Assembly (NCBI RefSeq): GCF_039654945.1
Contig: NW_027361688.1
Span: 16,368,001-16,432,000, forward strand
DNA length: 64,000 nt
Origin: Dendrobates tinctorius
Lineage: Eukaryota
Reading direction: 5' to 3'
Numbering within the stretch: position 1 is the stretch's first letter; the number at the start of each line of letters is the position of its first letter. Positions 1 to 12,529 of the stretch are shown one piece after another. Below the pieces are notes generated by a model. That model was not told where the DNA came from. It did not search any database and saw nothing but the letters and a program-made list of their open reading frames with translations. Position numbers and translations under genes: made by a program.

Positions 1-287
1 TCATAATGGCGGGTCAGTTTTAGCCTTTAGTGAACCTAGCAAAACAGCCAAACAAAAAACAAGTGTTTTTTTTGCAATGTCACCGAACTTGGAATTTTTT
101 TTCCCCGTTTTCTATTGCACGACATGGTAAAACCAATGGTGTCGTTCAAAAGTACAACTCGTCCCGCAAAAAAAATAAGCCCTCACACGGCCATAGTGAG
201 GGAAAAAAAAAAAAAAAAAAAAAAAAGTTATGGCTCTCGGAAAGAGGGGCGCGAAAAACGAAAAAAGCTCTGGGGGTTACGGGGTTA
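1..287. mobile_element. Terminal fragment of a non-autonomous TTAA (piggyBac-like) element
   Basis: Ends in ggggTTAA. It shares caactcgtcccgca / aagccctcacacggccata / aaaagttatggctct with the element end at ~49360-49497. Confidence 0.55.
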
Positions 288-1394
288 AACATGTTATTGA
301 TTAATTTTACGATATACAGCAATACCAAGTCTCCTATGAAGCTGAGGAGGAAGAGCAGGATGACAGCCATGGAAGTCTTCAGCAGACCCCAGGCTGCCAT
401 CACAACCCATCGCTTCATCAATGTGGGCCTACAGTCAAGTTCATATGCTCCAAAGGGTTAAGGGTACCAGACATTTTTTTCCACTTGACACCAGATTACT
501 TCATTTTTTTTTTTTCCCCCACAAAAGTTATGAGTCTCAGAAAATGACATTATTTTATTTAAAGCTGTTAAAATAAAACCAAATATAAAGTTAAAAAAAT
601 AAAATTATATATATATATATATATATATATTTATTAATGATAAAATAAAGTCAAATAAAATATTAAAACCAAAAATAAAAACACTAAAGAAAAACAAAAA
701 AAATATAAAATAAAATATTACTAATAAAAAAAAAAAAAAAGACAAGACAGGGAAACAATAAAAAAAATTATAAAAATATAACAAAGATGTAAAAAAAAAA
801 AACAGGTATAAAACAAGCAAAAACACCACTAGACAGGTTTAATATCGCCGTATTCGTACTGATCCAGAGATTCGTGTTTCTGGGTCACTTTTATGCCACA
901 ACGGCAAAGTTGTCATTTTATTTTTCATAATACCGCCTCATTTTTTGGTAAAGCAAAGGCGGAGGTGCGAATTATGTTTGTCTGTTTTTTTTTTTTGTTT
1001 TTTTTTACAAAAGTTACAAGTCTCAGAAAATGACTTTTTATATACAGTTTTTAAATGATTTAAAACATGTTAAAATAAAATAAAAATGTAAAAAATACAA
1101 TATTAAATTATAATAAAAATGTAAAAAAAAAAATAAAAATCTAGTATTTAAAAAAACAAATGTTAAAAAAATATACAAGTTTAATATCGCCGATTCCCGC
1201 CTCATTTTTCTGTACATTATTATCTTCGTCCTAGAACGCTACACAATATTTGCCGGAATAAAACGAGCCGACATTCAATGATTGTGGAGGGAATAAGTAT
1301 AAAAAAAAAAAAAATTAAAAAAAAAACAAAAAACACTGACATGTGCAAAGGGTTAAATAATGGCTCCAAGCTGCAGTCATTGGTCTCTCTGCGC

Positions 1395-1800
1395 TGGAAC
1401 TACAAGTCCCAGCGTGGAGGCAGCAGGGTCACGTGACGCACAGAGAGGCTCCGGGTTAGTTTTTTTTTATTGCGTCACAGACTTGATACGTCATTCCCTT
1501 TAACTTGGGAGACATGCTGGGACCTGTAGTTCCACACCTAGCAGCGAGTGACAGCTATAACCCAGGATACGTACAACGGCCGCCATGGCCTCCATCTCCT
1601 GACTCTCTGCCCCTGCAGCTCCCTTCCTTCAGTATGACTTACGTGACATTGCCCGGGCACCGGCCGCCCTGCAGAGGATAATCACCGCCATCTTGACCGC
1701 GGTCCGACAAGTCTGCGCGTGCGCGAACTACGGAAGCCGCGACGAACGCGTTATTAGTGTTTTGACAACAGCGCAACATCGCCATCTAGCGGCCGCAGCG
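1395..1800 (-). promoter_or_regulatory. CpG-rich housekeeping promoter of the putative NDUFA9
   Basis: Two ZNF143/THAP11-type motifs (actacaagtcccagc ~1399; catgctgggacctgtagt ~1513), E-box gtcacgtgac ~1428, YY1 motif (aagatggcgg on -) over the ATG, NRF1-like tgcgcgtgcgc ~1714, ETS cggaag ~1731, CTCF-like gccatctagcggc ~1781. Confidence 0.65.
1643..1691 (-). CDS. NDUFA9: Probable NDUFA9 (complex I subunit) first coding exon; the gene continues off the left edge
   Basis: Minus strand reads caagATGGCGGTG...GCAATGTCAC|gtaagt = MAVIILCRAAGARAMS(R), a 49-nt exon resembling a mitochondrial presequence. As I recall, human NDUFA9 exon 1 is also 49 nt and ends ATG TCA C (MAAAAQSRVVRVLSMS-R). It lies in a CpG-rich promoter, and RAD51AP1, a human neighbour of NDUFA9, is in the same window. 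Only one short exon is visible. Confidence 0.68.
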
Positions 1801-2344
1801 TGCAATGTCAGCGCTCCCGGATTTGTGCCTCTTCCTGTTGTCCGCCATCATTTCTTCCCCCCTAATATCTGATAAATTGCTTCTTCTATAACTTTTGTGG
1901 GGTTTGGTGACATTTTTAATAGTTAAAGCCAAATTCCAAGCAATTTCGCCATCGGTTAATAATATTGGGTTTTATTTTCACTTGTTTCTCCCATTTTCCG
2001 AGATTTTTTTCTTACTTTTTGTTCTTTTTCCGGTGACGGCTTTTTCCTTTATGTGATTTTGTAATTTGCTGCTTATTAAAATTTTCAGCCGTTTTTGAGA
2101 TATTAGCGACTTTCTTTTATTGATACTGCGTTGCCTCGGAGACCGACCGCCGCTGCTACACAGCGGAACGCGCGGAGCACTTACTAGCTCTTCTCTAAGT
2201 GGGTGCACAGCAGCGATCGGAGCGGAGTCGGGTCGCTGCTGTCAGCACCAACTGTATTCTTCTCTTCTCCATAACTTTTTGACTTTTCAGACATTACCAT
2301 ATAACAGCCAGCACCCACCGTGCGGCTCATGATCCTGCGTCTTA

Positions 2345-3240
2345 CAGGAAGAGGAGGTGAGCTGTGACATCACCTATTGTGAATGGTGGATCCTGTGTTG
2401 TCTCCTGTATATAGAGGTGTTATCAGTCATTGTACAGGAGGGGGAGGAGGTGAGCTGTGACATCACCTATTGTGAATGGTGGATCCTGTGTTGTCTCCTG
2501 TATATAGAGGTGTTATCAGTCATTGTACAGGAGGAGGTGAGCTGTGACATCACCTATTGTGAATGGTGGATCCTGTGTTATCTACTGTATATAGAGGTGT
2601 TTTCAGTCATTGTACAGGAGGAGGTGAGCTGTGACATCACCTATTGTGAATGGTGGATCCTGTGTTCTCTACTATATATAGAGGTGTTATCATTCATTGT
2701 ACAGGGGGAGGAGGTGAGATGTGACATCCCCTATTGTGAATCCTGTTATCTCCTGTATATAGAGGTGTTATCAGTCATTGTACAGGGGGAGGAGGTGAGA
2801 TGTGACATCCCCTATTGTGAATCCTGCGTTATCTCCTGTATATAGAGGTGTTATCAGTCATTGTACAGGAGGGGGAGGAGGTGTGCTGTGACATCACCTA
2901 TTGTGAATGGTGGATCCTGTGTTATCTCCTTTATATAGAGGTGTTATCAGTCATTGTACAGGAGGAGAAGGTGAGCTGTGACATCACCTATGGTGAATGG
3001 TGGATCCTGTGTTATCTCCTGTATATAAAGGTGTTATCAGACATTGTACAGGAGGAGGAGGAGAGCTGTGACATTGCCTATTGTGAATGGTGGGTCCTGT
3101 GTTATCTACTGTATATAGAGGTGTTATCAGTCATTGTACAGGAGGAGGAGGTGAGCTGTGATATCCCCTATTTTGAATGGTGGATCCTGTGTTATCTACT
3201 GTATATAGAGGTGTTATCAGTCATTGTACAGGAGGGGGGA
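2345..3240. repeat. ~83-89 bp tandem repeat (~10 copies)
   Basis: Unit gtacaggaggaggtgagctgtgacatcacctattgtgaatggtggatcctgtgttatctactgtatatagaggtgttatcagtcatt. The same family occurs inverted at ~38340-38580. Confidence 0.92.
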
Positions 3241-5355
3241 GGACTATTGAGAAAGGGGTACAGGATAAATATTGTGACATGGAAAAAGGAAACATTGCCA
3301 CATTTTATTAAAAATACATTTAAACAGCCTCTAGGAATGCCGGAGGGATCTGAACTCTGATATTGTTTGCTTGTCAACTGCTTTAAATTGACCAGGACTT
3401 TTTCAAGTTCAATCTGGCAAATTAGAGGCTTCGCAGGCTGAAAAGGAGGAGCGGCGTTTAAATGGGCGTTCATAGGCGGATCGGGAAAACCCTCGGTGGG
3501 GCTTAACATCCCTTGACACCCCCCCCCCCCTTAACACAATTGCCACAGACAATCATGCAGAAAGAGCGGAACCATCGCTGCATTTAAAGATGAACTGTTT
3601 GACCTTTTACAAAGCACCGTGACAATTATGTACAGATTGCGGAGAAAGGAGAAAGCCACTAGAGGGAGCCATTGAGGTCAAACTTCAGACAAAAGCTACA
3701 GAGCAGGAAGTGATGTCAGAGAAGGAGGCGGCCAGAACCAGAAGTCCATGAGGTCTTCAGCCAATAGCTGCAGAGCTTGAAGTGACGCACACAAACCAGT
3801 AGCGGGATGAACCCAATGAATAAGGCATGGCACACGGTTCGATAGTCAAAAATATATATTTTCAGGCTAATATGTAGTCTGCATATAAGAAGAAAATGGA
3901 TCTGACTGTATCACACGTTCGCTGTGAGCCCCGTCAGCGGTGACATTCGGGGTGTACACCCCCATTCGTGCACTGCGGGATGCGCACTACCTGACCGCGA
4001 ATATCTGCAAAAAGCATGATAAACCAGAATGTTGGTCACATGATCGATGACTAAAGATCAGCGAGCCCATCGGGAGAAAAAAAAAAATAAAAATACACAT
4101 CAGCTGAAACTCTGTATAGTATAGATTTAAAGGGTTTGTCACATGGCGTCCACACCCCTATAGAGAAAACGTATTGGCGGAATTATGTCTGGACACCATA
4201 TATATTCAATATAAAAGGCATCCGTATAAAAATAGTCATGCAAAAACTTTCAAGGTGTGAACAATCCCTTAAAGTGGTCAATATCATTTCAAAGTTTTAC
4301 ATAAATCAATAGTACAAGCGAATATAAGAAACGTTGTAATGCGTCTTATCAGAGAAATCCGCTTCTTTTTCTACCTACACGCCTTTATTTTCTCTCTCGC
4401 CGCCTCCTCAACTCATTATCCACTCTGCCAAAATACATGTAGATGGAAACCAAGGACTAATCGGCTCACTGAGGGATCAGGTTACAGCACTTAAACGGGT
4501 CAACGGCAACAAATCGGCGCCGACTGCTGCCGTTAGAGGCAGATGCGGCCTGTGCAACACAGCGGGCATCTGATTGTTAGATCTCTTGCTCAGTGTTTCA
4601 ATATTTTTTTTTTATATATATTATGAAAAAAGGACAGTCTCCTATGAAGCCTGGGCTGTGGCTGGGCTTCACGAGAGTAGCAAGATGGCAGCTATGGGTG
4701 GGTGGTTTAGAAGGAAACCGGCTCTTACGGTGACCCGTCGGCACTCTGTGTCAGGGCTGATGGGTGCTGCGTCAAATATGGATATGTAAATGCTTAAACT
4801 GCAGCGATCAGAGCCAGCTCCGGCTGCTGCTCTTAGTGCTAGGTGCCCACTGTATAACAAAGCCGGCAGCCGCCATGTATGAAGCTGGACACTTCAAAGG
4901 TGTTGTTGCGTCGATAAACACAGATCGGTTAGACCTGTTTTGGTGGCACATGGGGGATTTTTGCAGAAAAGAGAACTGATATAATAAGGGGATTGTCCAA
5001 TACTGGAATAAAATTTTTCTAGGCAGGAATGGTTTAAGAAAATAAAATAAACAGAGACATTCTAAGACGTCAAAAGATCGCTTGGGAGGTCTGCACCAGC
5101 TGTGGAAGCAATGTCTGCTCCCTTCGGAAGGTACCGGGACCGCTGCATTCAATCCCAGTGCTCCTGTCGTTACCTATGATTGGCTGCAGCGGTTCTGCTT
5201 CTGAAGAATCGATAGGACTCCGTTTATTAGTGTAAAACCATTCCGGCTTAAAAAAAGACTTATTCAAGTGTCGGAAAACCCTTTTAATAATCAAAGCCTT
5301 ATAACGATTGTCCACTTTTAATCTGAAGGGTGAGACAGATGTAAACTGTAGTTAA

Positions 5356-5704
5356 AGGGATATTCCCATCTCCAAGATCAAATCCCAATATGTAGTAGGT
5401 GTAATAATAACAAAGCCAAGTAGCTCCAATTAGAAATGCAGTATAGTTCTTCTAATTAGCTATGTCGCTTACCCCATGTGCAGGGCATTGCAGTAGGTAT
5501 CTATGGTTATGCCCACTAGTATAACTGTCGCTGTGTGAGTGGTTGTAACCATGGATACCTAAGCTACTACAATGCCCTGCACATGGGGTAAGGGACATGG
5601 CTAATCAGGATAACTATACTAGATTTCTAATTGGAGGTATTTGCTAATATTATTATTACACCTACTACATATTGGGATAGGATCTTGGAGATGTGAATAC
5701 CCCT
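5356..5704. mobile_element. Palindromic T2/Kolobok-type MITE in the ARMT1 3' region
   Basis: TTAA at 5352-5355 and 5705-5708, AGGG...CCCT termini, arms complementary over ~160 bp. Same family as 18426-20384. Confidence 0.85.
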
Positions 5705-5779
5705 TTAAAGCTCAGTTAACCCTTCGTTAGTAAAGTGCTGCACGCCGCGCTAAAACACACAAAAAAGGAGTCCAACGCT

Positions 5780-8700
5780 TCAAACGACAGGACTGAACTG
5801 GATGACTCCATATTTGCCCGATGTCATCCAGTCCACCTCCGCCGCTGTCAGCTGCTCTCCGACCCCCACTTGCAGCCCGACCTGCACATCGGCCTTCAGG
5901 GTTCTGATGCTGCACAATGGAGCCGGGTGAAAGGATCGGAGCGCCTGAGAGAAGGGCGCGGTGAAGTCCCACTTGCGGTCCCCCGTCAGTTTCCTGTAGT
6001 TTAAGTCTCCTTTAAATAAGACTAAATCGGACTTCTGCAGCTCCGTGTACAAGTCCGGAGCCACTTCCGCCATGGTGCAGAACTCGTGGGGCAGAGTCCA
6101 GAAGAGATGCTGGTGATAGACCCAGCGCCCCTTCTTCAGGTTTTCCTTCCAGCTTTGGCCACACTTTGACATCCACTTGTTGTTGACGGCCGTGCATTGC
6201 TGAACTGTCCAGTCGAAGTCGTGCTTCGTGGTGTCAGAGACGAACCACGGCATGACCTTCCCGTGGAAATGAACCTCCGTGGCCAGGTTCAGTGACAGCA
6301 CGGCGTCCGCCATGACCAAATCCGTGACCAACTCGAAGCCGGCGTTATCCAGGACGATGTCCACTCTGGTTCTCGACTCTGCGTTCCCGTCTCTGTTCTT
6401 CGTCAGGATGCTCCAGAGAGGATCCATATCATCCACCAGGATAAATTCCCGAAAGTCGTCCAGGGATGACAGCACGCTGCTCCTCTGGGAGTTGTCCTGA
6501 CCCCCCGATATAGAGAGGTCGCACTTGTTTCCCCACAGAGACACCTACAAGTGATGGACAGCGAAGTATTACAAGAGGGCGAGTCTCTAATAAGGACAGA
6601 AACGGGGGACCTTCTTCACCACTAATATGCCTGCTTCAAGGGCCCTATGCTAGGCAGCGGTGTCCTCCACTTCAAGAGGTGCATGCTGGGACAAAGGGAG
6701 AGGGGGCAGAGGGCGCAACAGGCCACAAGAGAGGGCAGAGGGCGCAAGAGAGGGCGCGACAGGGCAGAGGGCGCGACAGGGCACAAGAGAGGGCAGAGGG
6801 CGCGACAGGCCGCAAAGAGAGGGCATCACCCACCTGCAGCAGTTTGTAGATCTCACCCCGGATGTCATTGCTACTTAGACTATTCGTCTTCCCTTTAAGC
6901 TCCTGGAGATGAGCGCACAGCGCCACCACTGCTTGCTGGGACTGAAAGAAGCTTTCATTCTTCACATCCCTGAAGACGTCATATTCAGATATCGGGGGGC
7001 TGTGTCAAAAAAACAAATAAATAAGGGTCAGGTCATCATCTTTACAGCAATTGGGGATTTGTGGTCTGTCATGCTGCTCCAAATCCTCTGCATAGACACA
7101 ATGATAAGATTCTGGCGGACTGATGCCACCACTAGGGGGAGCCGGCTGTACAATTTTACATGCTCAGAGCTCCCTCTAGTGGAGACTGCCGGCAGCCAGA
7201 ATTTTATCTGGGCCAGTTCTCACCTCAATAACATGCCTTCCTGAATTCTGCGATACAGATAACACTCCACGTACAGCCAGGGGGATCTGAACCAGCTCGG
7301 CTCTTCGTCGCTGCCCACCAGAGTCTTCTGGTAGTCCAGGTACTGATTCCAGATCTGGGTGTCCGGCTGCTCGTCGGTCAGCGGCAGGATGGGCTTGTCC
7401 GTTTGCAATTCGTTCCGTAGTTTAGAAAAGAAAGACAAAGCCTTTTTCTCTGCCTCTATGCCTTCCTGAAAAAAAGGAGCAGCATCTGAATGGCTGTTCT
7501 ATACCCTCCCCCAGAAAAATCAGCTGATCGCCCCAGCCAGGGGTCAAATTCTGAAAAGGGGGTGTCTCTGATGATCAGAGGAGCCCGGTACAACACGTTG
7601 AGGATGATGCTACTGTGCCATTACCAGAAAGCAATACATTAAAGGGGCTCAAATTACAGTGGCACACTATATGGGGTTGTCCGGTTACACCCAGGCCTGC
7701 ACAACATATGGCCTACCGGAATTCACGGCTTTCAGAACCCCGCCCTGAGGTGTAGCAGCGTGATGAGGTCATCACGCCACTCTGTGACCTCATCATACTG
7801 CTGTTGCTGCCAGTGGAACAGCGCAGAAGAGGCAAGGATGCGGTTATTATGAGGCCACATTATGGGGCAACACAATAATGTTAGGAGGCACAATATGCAA
7901 GATGGGGTAATATTACGGAGGGGAGCCGTGTATGGGGACGTCGCGGAGGGGAGCCGTGTATGGGGTCATCACAGAGAGGAGCCGTGTATGGGGACGTCGC
8001 GGAGGGGAGCCGTGTATGGGGACGTCGCGGAGGGGAGCCGTGTATGGGGACGTCGCGGAGGGGAGCCGTGTATGGGGACGTCGCGGAGGGGAGCCGTGTA
8101 TGGGGACGTCGCGGAGGGGAGCCGTGTATGGGGACGTCGCGGAGGGGAGCCGTGTATGGGGACGTCGCGGAGGGGAGCCGTGTATGGGGACGTCGCGGAG
8201 GGGAGCCGTGTATGGGGACGTCGCGGAGGGGAGCCGTGTATGGGGACGTCGCGGAGAGGAGCTGTGTATGGGGACGTCGCGGAGAGGAGCTGTGTATGGG
8301 GACGTCGCGGAGAGGAGCTGTCACCTCGAATCCTCTACTAAATGTGATTTACGGCGCAGTCACTCACCTCCCCGTGAGCTTCCAAGAACTTATTTTTATT
8401 CCGATGTACAGTGTCTATCACCTTCGTTAGAATCTGCGGCATTCGGTCTTTAACTGTGTAATAAGCAAAAGACCTGAAAAATAAAATAATATACCATGTA
8501 TTAAAAATCGGAGTATTATGTGCATTGACCATTTATTATCCCGACGTGCTGGATAAAGAAGCTCACGCCGGAGGAACCGGCTGGTCCACATTGTAAATGG
8601 AGTGCCCACTGATTTTGGAATTCTATATCTGTGACTGCAGACTTGTGAATCCTCACAGTGCACAGTGTGCGCTGTCAGGATTCCCCGCTATGTGATTTGC

Positions 8701-9297
8701 ATGCTTCCAGCCACATTCTGACTAGACGTGTTCGGCCGTGCACGTCTAGTTGGCATGTGACTGCATATATGCCCCATCACCGGAGAATCTAGACAGCGCA
8801 AACTGTGCACGCTGTGAGGATTCACAAGTCTGCAGTCACAGACATAGAAGCCCAAGCCTGGACAACCCCTTTAATTTTTGCTGTGATGGCCCTGCAGGGA
8901 AATTGAACACTTGACAGGTTCCCCCAGAGCTGATCACTAGTGGTTCCTACAGAACAGAGCCTTGTGATCGTCTCGATTGCAAAGACAAGAGCGCAAAATT
9001 CCCCGACTGTAAGCACATGGCTGTAATTCTTTCTCCTTACAACCAATTAAGGGGTATTTTTATATTTTTACATGGCTGCCAATAATAGTTTAACTGCTCC
9101 TTTAATAAAAAGTTGCAATATTTCTGAAATTGTGGTTACAGGATCAGTCAGATGGGTCGAGGGATTTTGCAATTTCCTCAAAGCTGATGACAGGGAACAA
9201 CGTGCCCCGACACACCACGGATTGTGCAAGTTGTACACAGGATCGCTGAGGACACACACCCTTCAAATTTGGCGGAGAGCGAGCAGGGAGTCTCCAT
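5780..9297 (-). CDS. ARMT1: ARMT1 / DCPH1 (DUF89 damage-control phosphatase), 438 aa
   Basis: Coding exons (-): 9297-9260 (METPCSLSAKFEG), 8473-8368 (SFAYYTVKDRMPQILTKVID), 7465-7224 (KLRNELQTDKP..WLYVECYLYRRI), 6999-6834, 6544-5780 (SLWGNKCDLS, VLDNAGFELVTD, KGDLNYRKL, RTLKAD). All introns are GT-AG with consistent phase; total 1317 nt. Confidence 0.96.
6695..6825. repeat. Short purine-rich tandem repeat in the last ARMT1 intron
   Basis: Repeated agagggcagagggcgc(g/a)acagg blocks. Confidence 0.7.
7916..8322. repeat. 28-bp CpG-rich minisatellite (~14 copies) in an ARMT1 intron
   Basis: Unit cggaggggagccgtgtatggggacgtcg, nearly homogeneous, ending ~45 bp from the donor at 8367. Confidence 0.95.
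8630..8873. mobile_element. Palindromic MITE remnant (T2-like right end); second copy at ~25615-25914
   Basis: gtgactgcagacttgtgaatcctcacag ... ctgtgaggattcacaagtctgcagtcac inverted pair, ending ggacaacccctTTAA. Confidence 0.7.
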
Positions 9298-9734
9298 CTT
9301 GTTGGTTTACTGGGCGTGTCGTCTGGGCGAGAAGAAACATGAAGTTACCAGAACGTTTGTGAGGTTGTGATCTGGAAGAGAAACTTTACATTACTACATG
9401 CACAACACGAGAAGGAAAAATGGTGGAATTCTGGAAGTCACAGGATGGAGACGTTACTGATCTACACGTGACGGAAAAGTGGAAACATTTCCAAAATATC
9501 TCGATTTATTCAGGTTGCAGGATTAGCCTCTGTGCAGAAATCCACACACCCCTCGGCATGTCTCCATCCTGTGAGGACTGTGTGTATATATCTAGGGGAG
9601 ATCATATATACTGTGAGCACAACCATACACAGCCCCATAAGCGGTGCCAATCCCCCGCGCACAGTGCTCGTCAGAGTATCCCTACACCTTGTGCTAAACT
9701 GGGGATTTGTATACACTGCCAGAGAATGGGCTCA

Positions 9735-12460
9735 TATACAGTCCTGCCGCAGACTGCCCCTATACACAGCCCGGCCACAGTGCCCCCGTACACAGCCCAG
9801 CCACAGAGCCCCCCCATACAGTCCTGCCGCAGAGTGCCCTCATACACAGCCCGGCCACAGTGTCCCCCCCATACACAGCTCGGCCATAGAGCCCCCCGCA
9901 TACAGACTTGCCGCAGAGTGCCCCTATACACAGCCCAGCCACAGAGCCCCCCCCCATACAGTCCAGCCGCAGAGTGCCCCCATACACAGTCCGGCCACAG
10001 TGCCCCCCCCGCATTCAGTCCTGCCGCAGAGTGCTCTCATACACAGGCCAGCCACAGAGTGCCCCCATACAGTCCAGCCACAGAGTGCCCCCATACAGTC
10101 CAGCCACAGAGTGCCCCCATACACAGTCCAGCCACAGAGCCCCCACATACAGTCCTGCCGCAGAGTGCTCTCATACACAGTCCAGCCGCAGAGTGCCCCC
10201 ATACACAGTCCGGCCACAGATTCCCCCCCCCCCTCCCACATACAGTCCTGCCGCAGAGTGCACCCATACACAGTCCGGCCACAGATCCCCCCCCCCGCAT
10301 ACAGTTCTGCCGCAGAGTGCCCCCATACACAGTCCGGCCACAGATCCCCCCCCCCACATACAGTCCTGCCGCAGAGTGCACCCATACACAGTCCGGCCAC
10401 AGTGCCCCCCCCCCCCCCCGCATTCAGTCCTGCCGCAGAGTTGCCCCATACACAGTCCTGCCGCAGAGTGCCCCCATACACAGTCCGGCCACAGATCCCC
10501 CCCCCCACATACAGTCCTGCCGCTGAGTGACCCCCATACACAGTCCAGCCGCAGAGTGCCCCCATACACAGTCCTTACACACAGAGCCCCCCCGCATACA
10601 GTCCTGCCGCAGAGTGCCCCCATACACAGTCCTTACACACAGAGCCCCCCGCATACAGTCCTGCCGCAGAGTGCCCCCATACAGTCCTTACACACAGTGC
10701 CCCCCGCATACAGTCCTGCCGCAGAGTGCCCCCTTACACACAGTCCTGACACACAGCGCCCCCATACACACAGTCCTGACACAGAGTGCCCCCATACACA
10801 CAGTCCTGACACACAGCGCCCCCATACACACAGTCCTGACACAGAGCGCCCCCATACACACAGTCCTGACACAGAGCGCCCCCATACACACAGTCCTGCC
10901 GCAGAGCGCCCCCATACACACAGTCCTGACGCAGAGCGCCCCCATACACAGTCCTGACGCAGAGCGCCCCCATACACAGTCCTGACGCAGAGCGCCCCCA
11001 TACACACAGTCCTGACACAGAGCGCCCCCATACACACAGTGCTGACACAGAGCGCCCCCATACACACAGTGCTGACACAGAGCGCCCCCATACACACAGT
11101 CCTGACACAGAGCGCCCCCATACACACAGTCCTGACACACAGCGCCCCCATACACACAGTCCTGACACACAGCGCCCCCATACACACAGTCCTGACACAG
11201 AGCGCCCCCATACACACAGTCCTGACACACAGCGCCCCCATACACACAGTCCTGACACACAGCGCCCCCATACACACAGTCCTGACACACAGCGCCCCCA
11301 TACACACAGTCCTGACACAGAGCGCCCCCATACACAGTCCTGACACACAGCGCCCCCATACACACAGTCCTGACACAGAGCGCCCCCATACACACAGTCC
11401 TGACACAGAGTGCCCCCATACACACAGTCCTGACACAGAGTGCCCCCATACACACAGTCCTGACACAGAGTGCCCCCATACACACAGTCCTGACACAGAG
11501 TGCCCCCATACACACAGTCCTGACACACAGCGCCCCCATACACACAGTCCTGACACAGAGTGCCCCCATACACACAGTCCTGACACAGAGTGCCCCCATA
11601 CACACAGTCCTGACACAGAGCGCCCCCATACACACAGTCCTGACACAGAGCGCCCCCATACACACAGTGCTGACACAGAGCGCCCCCATACACACAGTGC
11701 TGACACAGAGTGCCCCCATACACACAGTCCTGACACAGAGCGCCCCCATACACACAGTCCTGACACAGAGCGCCCCCATACACACAGTCCTGACACAGAG
11801 CGCCCCCATACACACAGTCCTGACACAGAGCGCCCCCATACACACAGTCCTGACACAGAGTGCCCCCATACACACAGTCCTGACACAGAGTGCCCCCATA
11901 CACACAGTCCTGACACAGAGTGCCCCCATACACACAGTCCTGACACAGAGTGCCCCCATACACACAGTCCTGACACAGAGTGCCCCCATACACACAGTCC
12001 TGACACACAGCGCCCCCATACACACAGTCCTGACACACAGCGCCCCCATACACACAGTCCTGACACAGAGTGCCCCCATACACACAGTCCTGACACACAG
12101 CGCCCCCATACACACAGTCCTGACACACAGCGCCCCCATACACACAGTCCTGACACAGAGCGCCCCCATACACACAGTGCTGACACAGAGTGCCCCCATA
12201 CACACAGTCCTGACACACAGCGCCCCCATACACACAGTCCTGACACAGAGCGCCCCCATACACACAGTCCTGACACAGAGCGCCCCCATACACACAGTCC
12301 TGACACAGAGTGCCCCCATACACACAGTCCTGACACAGAGTGCCCCCATACACACAGTCCTGACACAGAGTGCCCCCATACACACAGTCCTGACACACAG
12401 CGCCCCCATACACACAGTCCTGACACAGAGTGCCCCCATACACACAGTGCCCCCACATAC
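9735..12460. repeat. 28-30 bp minisatellite, ~2.7 kb, between the ARMT1 start codon and the shared promoter
   Basis: Unit cagtcctgacacagagcgcccccatacaca; degenerate on the left, homogeneous 30-mer from ~10740. Confidence 0.97.
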
Positions 12461-12529
12461 AGTGCAGTGCACTGCAGGCTTCCACACACACGGGCACACG
12501 GATAACGCCCCCAGTGTACACAGTAGAAG

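Noticed and set aside
30-829. Lys-rich and Phe-rich short ORFs
   Set aside because: Poly-A/T low-complexity sequence inside TE fragments.
1643-1691. Alternative identity as SDHD exon 1 or CCDC170
   Set aside because: The 49-nt length, the ..ATG TCA C| ending and RAD51AP1 linkage fit NDUFA9 better. No coiled-coil CCDC170 sequence is visible.
2357-3360. Hydrophobic repeat ORFs (also 23307-24575 and 16138-16626)
   Set aside because: Tandem-repeat translations. Only the tail of 23715-24575 overlaps a real RMND1 exon.
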